Assembly (NCBI GenBank): GCA_963422375.2
Contig: OY729427.2
Span: 672,001 to 736,000, forward strand
Direction of reading: 5' to 3'
DNA length: 64,000 nucleotides
Source of the DNA: Bryobacterales bacterium
GTDB taxonomy: Bacteria > Acidobacteriota > Terriglobia > Bryobacterales > UBA6623
The notes under the pieces were generated by a model, which saw nothing but the letters and a program-made list of their open reading frames with translations, was not told where the DNA came from and searched no databases. Positions 18,295-28,870 of the stretch are shown here, piece by piece. The translations under genes and the position numbers were made by a program. Each line of letters opens with the position of its first letter. Positions within the stretch are counted from its first letter, which is position 1.

Positions 18295-20034
18295 ATGCCT
18301 GGCGACGCCAGAGATCCGAACGTCCCGGAAGCGGACCTGCGACGCGCTGTCGCGGCATGCGTCTGGCTGGCCACCAGCCTAGGCGCAGCCGCCCAGCCCG
18401 CCAGCCCGGAGCTGCCGGTCTTCGAGGACCTGACCGAGAAGTCCGGCGTCGACTTCAGGAACGCGTCGTCAGGGACGTCCCAGAAGTACTTGCTGGAATC
18501 CATGGTCGGAGGCGTCGCGGCGCTCGACTACAACGCGGACGGCCTCCTCGACCTGTATTTCGTGAACGGCGCCGCTCTGCAGGATCCGATGCCCGCCGGG
18601 GCGCTTCCGGACAAGTCCGACCCCGCTTACTGGAACCGTCTCTTCCGCAACGACGGAGACTGGCGCTTCACGGACGTCACCGAAGCGGCAGGCGTCCGAG
18701 GCGATCATTTCGGGCAGGGTGTCGCGGCCGGCGACTACGACAACGACGGATTCCCCGACCTCTTCCTCGCCAACTTCGGCGGGAACCTCCTCTTTCGCAA
18801 CCGAGGGGACGGCACCTTCGAGGACCGGACGCAACGGGCTCGCGTCGCCGGCGGGGGCTGGTCCGCCGGAGCGGGATTCCTCGACTACGACCGCGACGGG
18901 CATCTCGACCTGTTCGTGTCCCGCTACGTCCATTGGTCCTTCGCGGACAATCCGTGGTGCGGCGAGCGGAAGCCAGGCCATCGCTCCTACTGCCATCCGA
19001 AGCACTTCGCTCCGATTCCGCACCTGGTCTATCGCAACGAGGGGGACGGCACGTTCACTGACGTGGCCGACGCCAGCGGCTTCGGCACGGCTCCCGGCAA
19101 GGGCTTGGGAATCGCCTTCAGCGACTACGACGGTGACGGCTGGGTCGACGTTCTGGTCGCCAACGACTCGTTCCCGCAGCAACTCTTCCGCAATCTCGAG
19201 GGAGCCGGTTTCGAAGAGGTAGCGCTGCTCTCCGGCGTGGCCTACGACGAGAACGGGCGGACTTTCGCGGGCATGGGCGCGGACTTCGCCGACTACGACA
19301 ACGACGGGCGGCCGGACGTGTTCATCAACGCCCTGGCTCACCAGCGCTACGCCCTGTTTCGCAACGACGGACAGCTGTTCGAGTACGTCTCCGGCCCGAC
19401 CGGGGTCAGCGGCATCAGCTCCATGCACTCGGGATGGGGCACTAAGATGTTCGACTACGACAACGACGGCCTGCGGGACATTTTCGTGGCGCAGGGGCAC
19501 GTGATGGACAACATCGAGCTCACCCAGCCGGATGTCAGCTTCATGGAACCGCTGGTCCTGATGCGGAATACGGGGCATGTCTTCGAGGACGTGTCGGCCC
19601 GCAGCGGGGATCCCTTTTCGGTGCCTCGCGCGGCGCGCGGAGCGGCCGTCGCGGACCTCGACAACGACGGATTCCTGGATATCGCCGTGAATTGCAGGGA
19701 CCAGCGGGCGGTGCTGCTGCGGAACCAAGGCACGAGCAACAACTGGCTCGCGCTGCTTCTCGTAGGGACCCGGAGCAACCGCGACGCAACCGGGGCGCAC
19801 GTGCGGGTTCGCCTCCCATCCGGCGAGGAACGGCATGCGATGGTGTCGGCCGCCGGCAGCTACCTCTCCTCCGGCGAAAGGCGCCTGTACTTCGGCCTCG
19901 GCCGAGCGCCCCGAGCGGAGCAGGTCGAAATCACCTGGCCCAGCGGGACCGTCCAGGAGCTGGCGGACGTCCCGGCGAACCAGACCCTGACAGTCACGGA
20001 GCCAGCCAGCGGGGGCGCGAGCTCGCCCGACTAG
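18295..20034 (+). CDS. CRTAC1 family protein (FG-GAP repeats plus ASPIC/UnbV)
   Basis: Repeated DYDNDGxxDxF motifs and C-terminal SNRDATGA..GSYLS..FGLG. Confidence 0.92.
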   Translation: MPGDARDPNVPEADLRRAVAACVWLATSLGAAAQPASPELPVFEDLTEKSGVDFRNASSGTSQKYLLESMVGGVAALDYNADGLLDLYFVNGAALQDPMPAGALPDKSDPAYWNRLFRNDGDWRFTDVTEAAGVRGDHFGQGVAAGDYDNDGFPDLFLANFGGNLLFRNRGDGTFEDRTQRARVAGGGWSAGAGFLDYDRDGHLDLFVSRYVHWSFADNPWCGERKPGHRSYCHPKHFAPIPHLVYRNEGDGTFTDVADASGFGTAPGKGLGIAFSDYDGDGWVDVLVANDSFPQQLFRNLEGAGFEEVALLSGVAYDENGRTFAGMGADFADYDNDGRPDVFINALAHQRYALFRNDGQLFEYVSGPTGVSGISSMHSGWGTKMFDYDNDGLRDIFVAQGHVMDNIELTQPDVSFMEPLVLMRNTGHVFEDVSARSGDPFSVPRAARGAAVADLDNDGFLDIAVNCRDQRAVLLRNQGTSNNWLALLLVGTRSNRDATGAHVRVRLPSGEERHAMVSAAGSYLSSGERRLYFGLGRAPRAEQVEITWPSGTVQELADVPANQTLTVTEPASGGASSPD

Positions 20035-20095
20035 GGCGTGCGGACGGCGCACTTAGAATGGTTCTTGCGGGCCGCGTACCAGCGGCCGCGCCAGC

Positions 20096-21016
20096 ATGCA
20101 CAACGTCGTCGTGATCGGATCCGGCTGCGCCGGGAATACTGCCGCCATCTACGCAGCGCGGGCGAGCCTCGAGCCGCTAGTCATAGAAGGCCTGGAGGCG
20201 GGCGGCCAACTCAGCCTGACAACCGACGTCGAGAACTTCCCGGGCTTCCCCGAAGGAGTCATGGGACCGGACCTCGTCGACCGCATGAAGCAGCAGGCGC
20301 GGCGGTTCGGGGCGGCCTACAAGCACGGCGAAGTCAAGCGAGCCGACCTGTCGGCCCGTCCGTTCACCCTCTGGGTCGGGGGGGAGGAGCTCCGCACCAA
20401 GACGCTGATTGTCGCGTCGGGCGCCTCGGCCCGCTGGCTGGGCCTCGAGTCCGAGCAGGCGCTGATCGGGCACGGCGTCAGCTCCTGCGCTACGTGCGAC
20501 GGCTTCTTCTTCCGCGGCCAGCCCGTCTCGGTCGTGGGCGGCGGCGACAGCGCGATGGAGGAGGCCCTGTTCCTCACGAAGTTCGCGACCGAGGTTTCCG
20601 TGATCCACCGGCGGGGCGCGTTCCGCGCGTCGAAGATCATGCTCGACCGCGCCCAGCACAACGAGAAGATCCGCTGGATTACCAACGCCACCGTGGCGGC
20701 TGTGGAGGATCCGGAGGCTCGGTCCGTCACCAGCCTGAAGCTGCGCAGCACGATCGACGGAAGGGAATGGGACCACAAGACCGACGCCCTCTTCCTCGCG
20801 ATCGGCCACGTCCCCAACACCGGCATTTTCCGAGACCAGCTGGACTTGGACGACCAAGGCTACATCGTGTCCCACGGAGGAGCGAGGACGAACGTGCGCG
20901 GCGTCTTTCACGCCGGAGACGTGCAGGATCGCATGTACCGGCAGGCGATCACGGCCGCGGGAGCGGGCTGCATGGCGGCGATCGAGGCGGAACGCTTCTT
21001 AGAGGCAGAGGGCTAG
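20096..21016 (+). CDS. trxB: Thioredoxin-disulfide reductase
   Basis: GSGCAG, CATCDG, GGGDSAMEEA and GDVQD..YRQAITAAG. Confidence 0.97.
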   Translation: MHNVVVIGSGCAGNTAAIYAARASLEPLVIEGLEAGGQLSLTTDVENFPGFPEGVMGPDLVDRMKQQARRFGAAYKHGEVKRADLSARPFTLWVGGEELRTKTLIVASGASARWLGLESEQALIGHGVSSCATCDGFFFRGQPVSVVGGGDSAMEEALFLTKFATEVSVIHRRGAFRASKIMLDRAQHNEKIRWITNATVAAVEDPEARSVTSLKLRSTIDGREWDHKTDALFLAIGHVPNTGIFRDQLDLDDQGYIVSHGGARTNVRGVFHAGDVQDRMYRQAITAAGAGCMAAIEAERFLEAEG

Positions 21017-21046
21017 GCCCAGCTTCGCGTTCGGGCGATCGACCGG

Positions 21047-21544
21047 CTATGCCAACGTCTCGAAGAGCTCCATCTGGCTTGCCAGAGGCCGCCCGCGGGG
21101 GCCGACTACCGGACGCTTGGGCCGGCCTATGACACCGACCACTTGGAAGACTCTTACCGCCTCCCTCGGCACGAAGACCCGCTGCGTGTTGCCCTTGGAA
21201 TCCGGCGGCGTCAGCGTCACGCCGTGCTGGCCCAACGCGGTCAAGTCGTTCGGCATGACCCCCTCCAATTCCTCCCCGTCGCGAAAGCTCATGCGCACCC
21301 AGAGGCCGCCCAGCTTCGGACGCGTCGCGAACTCCCGTCTCTGGTACTTCGTGGGGTCGGGCCCGAACTCGCGGACGAAATACACCGCCCGGATGTCGTC
21401 GTAGGGAATCAGGACCGCCTCGGCGGTCCGGGCCATGAGCTCGATCCCGCGCGAGTGCAGGTATCCCTTCGGATACACATAGCCTTCAACCGCGTTCATG
21501 TTGAAGCGCCTCACGCACACCTTCTTGGTCGTCGACATCGACAA
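21047..21544 (-). CDS. Conserved hypothetical protein (DUF6982-like)
   Basis: RAVYFVREF..FATRPKLGGLWVRMSFRDGEELEG..NTQRVFVPR. Divergent from xerD. Confidence 0.65.
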   Translation of the reverse strand: MSMSTTKKVCVRRFNMNAVEGYVYPKGYLHSRGIELMARTAEAVLIPYDDIRAVYFVREFGPDPTKYQRREFATRPKLGGLWVRMSFRDGEELEGVMPNDLTALGQHGVTLTPPDSKGNTQRVFVPREAVRVFQVVGVIGRPKRPVVGPRGRPLASQMELFETLA

Positions 21545-21641
21545 ACTCCCTAGCGAATGTTTCGCGCCTACCTCATCCTAGTACGGGCGGTAGGCGCCAG
21601 TCAAGACGAAAGCGGGCTGAAATGTTTGGTACCATGGCCAT

Positions 21642-22541
21642 GTGGGCAGCGAGTGCCCAGACGACTCCGGGCGGGAATTTCTCGCGTATTGCAGCGTGGA
21701 GAAGGGCCTTGCGACGAGCAGTCTGGCAGCCTATCGGGACGACCTGACCCGCTTGTCCTGCTTCATGGCTCGACGCGGCGCGAGCCTCGCCGAGGCCGGC
21801 GACGGCGACCTGCGAGAGTTCCTCGGCTCGCTCTACGCCGACGGCTTGAACGCGCGGTCGATCTCGCGCTATCTGAGCACCATTCGCGGACTCTATCGCT
21901 ATCTCTTGGAGCAAGGCACCATCCGCGAAGATCCAACGCGGCACCTCGGTTCCCCCGGCCAATGGAAGCGGCTTCCGAAGTACCTCAGCCTGGACGAAGT
22001 CGACCAGTTGCTCGGGGCCCCGGATCGCGATACGCCGCTCGGCAGTCGCGACCTAGCGATGCTGCAATTGCTCTACGCGACGGGCCTGCGAGTTTCGGAA
22101 CTAGTCGCGGTCAAGACGGCCGAGCTCGACACCAAGATGGGCATTGTCCGCACGCTCGGCAAGGGATCGAAAACCCGCCTGGTGCCGGTCGGAGCCGTCG
22201 CGCTCGAGGCGATCGACGACTACGTGACCCGGTTCCGGGACCCGATCCTGAAGCAAGCGAAGTCCGAGTTCCTGTTCGTCACCGCGCGAGGCGGCGCCAT
22301 GTCAAGACAGGCCTTCTGGAAGCTGCTGCGGCGCTACGGGCTGGCGGCAGGCATCGGAGGGACCGTCTCGCCGCACGTGCTCAGACACAGCTTCGCGACG
22401 CACCTGCTGGAGCGCGGCGCGGACCTGCGCAGCCTGCAGCTCATGCTGGGCCACGCGGACATCTCGACCACGGAAATCTACACCCACGTGCTGCGGTCCC
22501 GGATGCGCGCGGTCTACGATTCCCACCACCCTCGAAGCTGA
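21642..22541 (+). CDS. xerD: Site-specific tyrosine recombinase XerD
   Basis: LLYATGLRVSEL, MSRQAFW and SPHVLRHSFATHLLERGADLR..LGHADISTTEIYTHV. Confidence 0.93.
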   Translation: MGSECPDDSGREFLAYCSVEKGLATSSLAAYRDDLTRLSCFMARRGASLAEAGDGDLREFLGSLYADGLNARSISRYLSTIRGLYRYLLEQGTIREDPTRHLGSPGQWKRLPKYLSLDEVDQLLGAPDRDTPLGSRDLAMLQLLYATGLRVSELVAVKTAELDTKMGIVRTLGKGSKTRLVPVGAVALEAIDDYVTRFRDPILKQAKSEFLFVTARGGAMSRQAFWKLLRRYGLAAGIGGTVSPHVLRHSFATHLLERGADLRSLQLMLGHADISTTEIYTHVLRSRMRAVYDSHHPRS

Positions 22542-22640
22542 GAGCCGACGGATCTCCCGGGGATCCGCCGTCGACTCCCGCGCGGGACGGCTTGGAACCG
22601 GCCCCGCCGCCGCCCAGGCGGACTCTGGTACGCTGCGCGC

Positions 22641-23858
22641 ATGGACGCAGCCGGCTTGCTGTCGCGCGATGCGCGGGTCATGCGCTCCTCCCTGATCCGG
22701 CAGCTCACTGGCTTGGTCAACCAGCCGGAAGTGATCTCGTTCGCGGCGGGATCGCCGAACGCCCGGACATTCCCGCACGAGCAGTTCCGGACGATCCAGA
22801 ACGAGCTGATCGACCGGTGGGGCGGGCACGTGTTCCAGTACTCGGTGACGCGCGGCAACGCCCGGCTGATCGGCGCGGTCCGGGAACGCGACCGGGCCGA
22901 CAAGGGAATCGCAGCCGGGCAGGGCGAGACTCTGCTCACCAGCGGCTCGCAGCAGGGCCTCGATTTCGTGGCCCGCGTCCTGCTGGATCCGGGCGACGCG
23001 GTCTTCGTGGAGAGCCCGAGTTACATCGGCGCCTTGGCCGCCTTCGAGAACTTCCGCGCCAAGCTGTTCGCCGTCAGGTGCGACGGCGCGGGCATGGACT
23101 TGGACGACCTGGCCCGCCGCATAGGCGAGGCCCGCGAACAGGGCCGACCCTGCAAGTTCGTCTACGTGATCCCGAACTTCCAGAACCCCTCCGGGGCCGT
23201 CTGGTCGCAAGCCCGCAGGGAGGGTCTCTACCAGCTCGCCCGCAGGGAAGGCCTGCTCGTGTTCGAGGACGACGCGTACGGAGAGCTTTACTTCGCAGGG
23301 GTCGACCGGGCGTCGCTGCGACCGATCAAGGCCGTGGACGAGGACGGGCACGTGATCTACATGTCCACCTTCTCCAAGGTCCTCGCTCCGGGACTGCGGG
23401 TGGCCTGGATCCACGGCCCGGCCGAGATCGTCAAGCGCATCGAGTACTGCAAGGAGACCGGCGACCTCTGCACTTCGACCCCGGGGCAACGCATCATCCT
23501 CGAATTCCTCGAGCGCGGCTGGATGCCCCAACAGGCGGATCGAGTGCGGGAGTTCTACAGCTCCAAGGCGGGAGAGCTGCATCGTGCGCTGCTGGTGCAT
23601 CTCGGCGAAACGGCCCGCTGGACGCGGTCGCGGGGCGGACTCTTCCAGTGGCTGGAGCTGCCCGAGCGAATCGACGCGCTGGCCTTGTTCCGCGCCAGCG
23701 TGCAAGAAGACAAGGTAGCCTTCATTCCGGGCGCGCCGTTCTTCGCCCACGGAGGGGGATCGAACACCCTGCGGCTTTCCTTTTCGAACGTCAGCGACGA
23801 AAATATAGGAGTCGGGCTGTCCTTGCTGGGCCGTCGCATCCACCAGGCGAGTGGCTGA
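22641..23858 (+). CDS. PLP-dependent aminotransferase, class I (LysN/ARO8-like)
   Basis: TSGSQQGLD, IPNFQNPSG, EDDAY and STFSKVLAPGLRVAW. Confidence 0.92.
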   Translation: MDAAGLLSRDARVMRSSLIRQLTGLVNQPEVISFAAGSPNARTFPHEQFRTIQNELIDRWGGHVFQYSVTRGNARLIGAVRERDRADKGIAAGQGETLLTSGSQQGLDFVARVLLDPGDAVFVESPSYIGALAAFENFRAKLFAVRCDGAGMDLDDLARRIGEAREQGRPCKFVYVIPNFQNPSGAVWSQARREGLYQLARREGLLVFEDDAYGELYFAGVDRASLRPIKAVDEDGHVIYMSTFSKVLAPGLRVAWIHGPAEIVKRIEYCKETGDLCTSTPGQRIILEFLERGWMPQQADRVREFYSSKAGELHRALLVHLGETARWTRSRGGLFQWLELPERIDALALFRASVQEDKVAFIPGAPFFAHGGGSNTLRLSFSNVSDENIGVGLSLLGRRIHQASG

Positions 23859-26844
23859 GCCCGCCGGGCCCAGGCACGGGGACGCGCCCCGCGCGTCGCT
23901 CCCGTCATCCGCCAGAGCCATGGCCGCCTACCCCAACGACCTCGCCGCTCAGATCGGGAGCCGCGTCGAAGGCGAGGTTCGGTTCGATCGCTACTCCCGG
24001 ATCCTGTACTCGACGGACGCCTCGGTCTGGCAGATCGAGCCGATCGGGGCGGTGATCCCGAGGCACCACGGCGACGTGCGCTCGCTCCTGCAGATCTGCG
24101 ACCGGCACCAAGTTCCCGTCCTGCCGCGCGGCGGCGCCACTAGCCTGTCAGGGCAAGCCGTCGGCCACGCCGTGCATATCGATTTCGCCAAGTACATGAA
24201 CGGGATCCTCGAGACGAATCTCGAGGAGGGATGGGTTCGCCTCCAGCCGGGGGTGGTCCAAGACCAGCTAGGACGCCACCTCCGCCCGCACGGCTACCAG
24301 TTCGGCCCTAACACCTCGTCCGCCAGCCGCGGAACGGTCGGGGGCATGATCGGCAACAACTCCGCCGGTTCGCACTCGATCCTGTACGGCAAGACGATCG
24401 ACCACGTGCTCGAGCTGCGCTGCGTGTTCTCGGACGGCTCGGACGCCTGGCTGAGACCGGTCGCGAGCGGCGACCTGGAGCGGCTCGGAAGCGGCGACGG
24501 CCTCGTATCGTCGCTGTACCGGGAACTTCCCCGGATCGGGGACACCTACCGCGAGGAGATTCTACAGAAGTTCCCTAAGATTCTCCGCCGCGTCAGCGGC
24601 TACAACCTAGACGAGCTGGTGCGCAACGGCGACTCCTGGGGCGCGGGCTATTCGAGCGAGCCCGGCCCGCTGAACCTGAGCCGGGTCGTGGTGGGCTGCG
24701 AGGGCACGCTCGCGGTCGTGACCGAGGCCAAGCTGCGAATCGTCCGGTCCCCCGCGGCGAAGGGCATTCTAATCGTCCACTTTCGCTCGGTATTCGATGC
24801 CGTCGACGCCACGGAGACGATCATCTCGACCGCGCCGTCAGCCGCCGAGTTGATCGACGAGTTCATCCTCGACAACGCTCGGTCCAACCCCTCGTTCGCC
24901 GACAAGCTGGGCTGGGTGGACGCCGATGCGGAAGCCGTGATGGTGGTCGAGTACTACGGCGAGAGCGCGTCCGAGGTTCGCTCGAAGCTGGAGCGCTTGC
25001 GGCAGCTATTGGACTCCAAGAGAATCGGCTTCGGGTACCTGCTCGTCACGGATCCGGATCAGCAAGCGCAGATCTGGAAAGTGCGCAAGGAAGCTCTCGG
25101 AATTCTGATGTCCGTCAATGGCGATCACAAGCCGATCGCCTTCGTGGAAGATCCGGCCGTCCCAATCGACAGGATGGGAAGCTTTCTCAAGGAATTCCGG
25201 AACATCCTCGACCGCCACGGCGCGCGCGGCGGATATTACGGCCACGCCTCCGTCGGCTGCCTGCACGTGCGTCCGATGATCAACCTCAAGGATCCCTCGG
25301 AAGTTCGCACGATGGCGACGATCGCGGACGAGGTGTTCGGCATCGTGATGAACTACGGCGGCTCGATGTCGGGCGAGCACGGCGACGGCATCGCCCGCAG
25401 CCGCTACAACCAGTGGCTGTTCGGCGATACGATCTACAAGGCGTTCCTCGATCTCAAGAGGACGCTGGACCCGCGCAACATCCTCAATCCGGGCAAGGTC
25501 GTCAACGCTCCCGAACTGACCCAAGACCTCCGGTGGGGAGGAGACTACCGGACGATTCCGATTCAGACGAAGCTGGATTTCTCGGGCGAGGGAGGCTTCG
25601 CCCGGGCGATCGAAATGTGCAACGGCGCCGGGGTCTGCCGCCAGCGCATGTCCGGCACGATGTGTCCCTCCTACCACGCAACGATGGACGAGGAGCACTC
25701 GACCAGGGGGCGCGCCAACGCGCTGCGCGCGGCGCTCTCGGGGAGACTCCCTCCGGAAGAGTTCACGTCGAGCCGGATGCACGACGTGCTCGATCTATGC
25801 CTGGCCTGCAAGGCCTGCAAGACGGAATGCCCCTCAAACGTGGACATGGCCAAGATCAAGTACGAATGGCTGGACCACTACTACCGCAAGCACGGAGTCC
25901 CGGTGCGCGCCAAGGCCTTCGGCCGCATCGAAGCGCTGCTACGATCCGCCAGCCGGGCGGCAGGCCTGGTGAACTGGGCCGGGTCCCGCACGCCGGTTCG
26001 GTGGCTGAACGAGAAGCTCCTAGGCCTGGACCGGCGGCGGTCCCTGCCGCGCCTCGCCAAAGAGACCTTTCGCGCCTGGTTCGCCCGGCGCGCATCCTCG
26101 CCCCAAGCGGGCCGAACCGGAACGGCCGTGCTGCTGGACGATTGCTTTCTCAACTACAGCTACCCGCAAGTGGGAATGGCCGCAACCGACCTGCTCGAAG
26201 CCGCCGGCTACACCGTCCGGCTGGCAGACCGGCGCTGCTGCGGGCGCCCGATGCTGTCGATGGGCCTGCTCGACGAGGCACGGGCGGCGGCCGAGCACAA
26301 CGTCGGCGAGCTGGACGCATTCGCGTCCAAGGGCATCCCGATCATCGGGTGCGAGCCGAGCTGCCTGCTGACCCTGCGCGACGAGTACCGCGACCTAGTT
26401 CCCGGAGACGCCTCGGACCGGGTCGCGAATCACGCCCTGCTGCTGGACGAGTTCCTCGTGCAGCTCGCGGGTCGCCACGAACTGGACGTCGACTGGCAGC
26501 CCGCGGAGCGCGAGGTCCTGTTCCACGGCCATTGCCACCAAAAGGCCCATGTCGGCACGGGCCCGTCCCTAGCCGCCATGAAGCTGGTGCCCGGGCAGAG
26601 CGTGCGCGAAGTCAACTCGGGCTGCTGCGGCATGGCGGGCTCATTCGGCTTCGAGACGGACCACTACGAGATCTCGCAGCGGATCGGCGAGGAACGGCTG
26701 TTCCCGGCCGTCGAGTCTGCCGAGCCGGAAACGGAGATCGCGGTGAGCGGCGTATCGTGCAGGCAGCAGATCGAGCATTTCACCAGTCGGAAGCCACGGC
26801 ACGTCGCGGAGATTCTGAGAGACAGCATCGGAGACCGTGAATGA
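23851..26844 (+). CDS. FAD-binding and Fe-S-binding oxidoreductase (GlcD/GlcF fusion, 2-hydroxyacid dehydrogenase-like)
   Basis: PRGGATSLSGQ, GEHGDG, CNGAGVC, CLACKACKTECP and CCG domains. The start may be at 23920. Confidence 0.92.
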   Translation: MAEPAGPRHGDAPRASLPSSARAMAAYPNDLAAQIGSRVEGEVRFDRYSRILYSTDASVWQIEPIGAVIPRHHGDVRSLLQICDRHQVPVLPRGGATSLSGQAVGHAVHIDFAKYMNGILETNLEEGWVRLQPGVVQDQLGRHLRPHGYQFGPNTSSASRGTVGGMIGNNSAGSHSILYGKTIDHVLELRCVFSDGSDAWLRPVASGDLERLGSGDGLVSSLYRELPRIGDTYREEILQKFPKILRRVSGYNLDELVRNGDSWGAGYSSEPGPLNLSRVVVGCEGTLAVVTEAKLRIVRSPAAKGILIVHFRSVFDAVDATETIISTAPSAAELIDEFILDNARSNPSFADKLGWVDADAEAVMVVEYYGESASEVRSKLERLRQLLDSKRIGFGYLLVTDPDQQAQIWKVRKEALGILMSVNGDHKPIAFVEDPAVPIDRMGSFLKEFRNILDRHGARGGYYGHASVGCLHVRPMINLKDPSEVRTMATIADEVFGIVMNYGGSMSGEHGDGIARSRYNQWLFGDTIYKAFLDLKRTLDPRNILNPGKVVNAPELTQDLRWGGDYRTIPIQTKLDFSGEGGFARAIEMCNGAGVCRQRMSGTMCPSYHATMDEEHSTRGRANALRAALSGRLPPEEFTSSRMHDVLDLCLACKACKTECPSNVDMAKIKYEWLDHYYRKHGVPVRAKAFGRIEALLRSASRAAGLVNWAGSRTPVRWLNEKLLGLDRRRSLPRLAKETFRAWFARRASSPQAGRTGTAVLLDDCFLNYSYPQVGMAATDLLEAAGYTVRLADRRCCGRPMLSMGLLDEARAAAEHNVGELDAFASKGIPIIGCEPSCLLTLRDEYRDLVPGDASDRVANHALLLDEFLVQLAGRHELDVDWQPAEREVLFHGHCHQKAHVGTGPSLAAMKLVPGQSVREVNSGCCGMAGSFGFETDHYEISQRIGEERLFPAVESAEPETEIAVSGVSCRQQIEHFTSRKPRHVAEILRDSIGDRE

Positions 26845-27773
26845 GGCCGGCCGCGGAGCGGCTCGCGACCACCGCTCCGGTCACATGGAAGGTCGGCCTC
26901 CTAGCCCTGGCCATCAGCTTCCTGTGGAGCGGGAATATCGTCTCGATCAAGTTCGGGCTGGCGACGATCCCACCCTTCTGGAGCGCGTTCTGGCGGATGG
27001 CGGCAGGTGCCGCCGCCGTCGCCTTCTGGGCGGCCGCGAGACACGAGCCCGTCCTGTTCAAACGCAGCTGGCTGGGGCGGATGCTGCGACTGAGCACCAT
27101 GTTCACGGCGCAAATCGCGTTGTTCAACCTCGCGGTCGATTACACGTCGCCGGCGTACGCAGTCATCCTGCTCAACACCTGCCCGGTCTTGGTCAACATC
27201 ATCAGCCACTTCTTCGTCCAAGAAGACCGACTGACCGGCACGAGAGTGCTCGGCCTGGCCGCCGCATTCTGCGGCATCGCCTACGTGATGCTGGGCCACC
27301 CGGACGAGAGGCTCGCACCCGACCCAATCGCTGGCAACCTGCTGATGCTCGCCTCGGCCCTGCTGCTCGCGCTGCGCATCGTCTATACCCAGCACCTCGT
27401 GCAGCGTATGGACCCGCTGCGGCCCGTGATCTGGCAGATGGTGTTCTCGCTTCCCTGCTTTCTCACGCTCGCCTTGGCGTTCGAGACGCCGTTGCTCCGG
27501 CCGCTGACGTACAAGCCCGTCCTAGCGATCCTCTACCAAGCGATCATCGTAGCGGGCTTCTGCTTCGCCACGTGGACCTTCCTGCTCCGCCGGCACAGCG
27601 CAGGCAATCTCTCGGTGTACGCTTTCAGCGTTCCGATCTTCGGAGTGCTTCTCTCAGCGGCGCTGTTCGACGAGCACATGACCTGGCGGCTCGCGGTCGG
27701 TGCGGCGGCCGTCGCCGCCGGCATTGGCATCGTGACGCGGTCGAGGCGCGAGGAGCGGCGGCATGCGCACTGA
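26841..27773 (+). CDS. DMT/EamA family transporter
   Basis: 310 aa with about 10 hydrophobic helices in two repeats. ATGA overlap with the upstream gene. Confidence 0.9.
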   Translation: MRPAAERLATTAPVTWKVGLLALAISFLWSGNIVSIKFGLATIPPFWSAFWRMAAGAAAVAFWAAARHEPVLFKRSWLGRMLRLSTMFTAQIALFNLAVDYTSPAYAVILLNTCPVLVNIISHFFVQEDRLTGTRVLGLAAAFCGIAYVMLGHPDERLAPDPIAGNLLMLASALLLALRIVYTQHLVQRMDPLRPVIWQMVFSLPCFLTLALAFETPLLRPLTYKPVLAILYQAIIVAGFCFATWTFLLRRHSAGNLSVYAFSVPIFGVLLSAALFDEHMTWRLAVGAAAVAAGIGIVTRSRREERRHAH

Positions 27774-28489
27774 CAGGCCGTCCGCGCTCGGCCGCGTACA
27801 CTCCGGCTGAGAACGCCCTGCGGCGAAGCCTACTGGACTTCGCAGCACCACGGATCCGGGGGCATGCCTGCACGGTCCGGCTCAGGCTCCGTCCGAGCGC
27901 GCCTCCGCATCTGCCAGTTCCCTAGGTTTCTTCGTATTGCAAGCGCTTCCGATAGGCACGCGTGAATGCGGATCAGGTGTGCACCAAGGTCGCTGGCCAT
28001 TTCGCGGGAGCTTCTCCGCGGACTCAGCATTCACGAGGTCGAAGAGTTGAGCGAGACCCGGGCCTGACGAAAGTCCTTACGCAATGCACACTGTCTTCTC
28101 CGAGCGTTCGCACCGTCCAATCTACATCCTTTGGTTCTCGGTTACACGTGCCAGTACGGAGGATAGGACTCTCAGATCATCATTGACGCACCGACCAATT
28201 TGACAAGCAGTTTCCGGGATCGGCGGAATGCCGCCCATCTCGTTTGCCCTGTCGCCGTTCCGAGGCGGATCCACTCGGCTGGAGCCTCCATCCTAGCCCT
28301 AGCCGTCGAATGGTCACGGCCGGGCGGAGAGTCGGTTCCCGGGCTGTTGGACGGGGTGTCACGCCCCTCGACGGCCGCGAAACCGGTCCGTTCCGATCTC
28401 AGCCGGGCACGCTTGCGGCTGCTGTGCTTCTCCCGGTCTGTCGGAGCCATCTCATATTGCGACATCGCTAGCGAGACGACCACTTGATG

Positions 28490-28780
28490 TCTGAGACCTA
28501 ATTCCTCGTATGGTCGAGGGTTCGTGACTAGAGGTCATATTCGTCGATCCTAAAGGCAACAGAAACGTTAGATCAATCGCCCCAAAGATTCAATCTCTTT
28601 GCACTGTCAAAGACATCGAGCGATGGTTGGACGATCCAAATGTCCGCTTGGAATCCTACATTGTTTCGAATATTTCATCGGCAACAATGCTGAAGATTTA
28701 GACCATAGAAAAGTGGGAAATTGCAATGCACAATATGCACTCCATGCGTGAATATCGAGACGTTTAGTTTCGGATAATCG
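28490..28780 (+). pseudogene. Remnant of type III restriction (Res) subunit C-terminal nuclease region
   Basis: Low-GC patch translating EVIFVDPKGNRNVRSIAPKIQSLCTVKDIERWLDDPNVRLESYIVSN, with flanking stops and a degenerate PxFLVW upstream. Confidence 0.55.
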
Positions 28781-28870
28781 TGGCAATATCGAGTGAAAAT
28801 GTACAGTCTTTTTGTCGGATACCATTGGATTTAGAAGCAGATTTTATCTTGCATCTAATAGATTTCGTTG

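Noticed and set aside
21642..22541. Tyrosine recombinase as a phage or island integrase
   Set aside because: It has a XerD-type length and motifs in a housekeeping context, with no att site, tRNA or phage genes.
27800..27870. GGCTGAGAACGCCC resembling a TPP riboswitch
   Set aside because: It lacks the downstream ACCUGAU..AAU..AGCG.AGG core and has no thiamine gene downstream.
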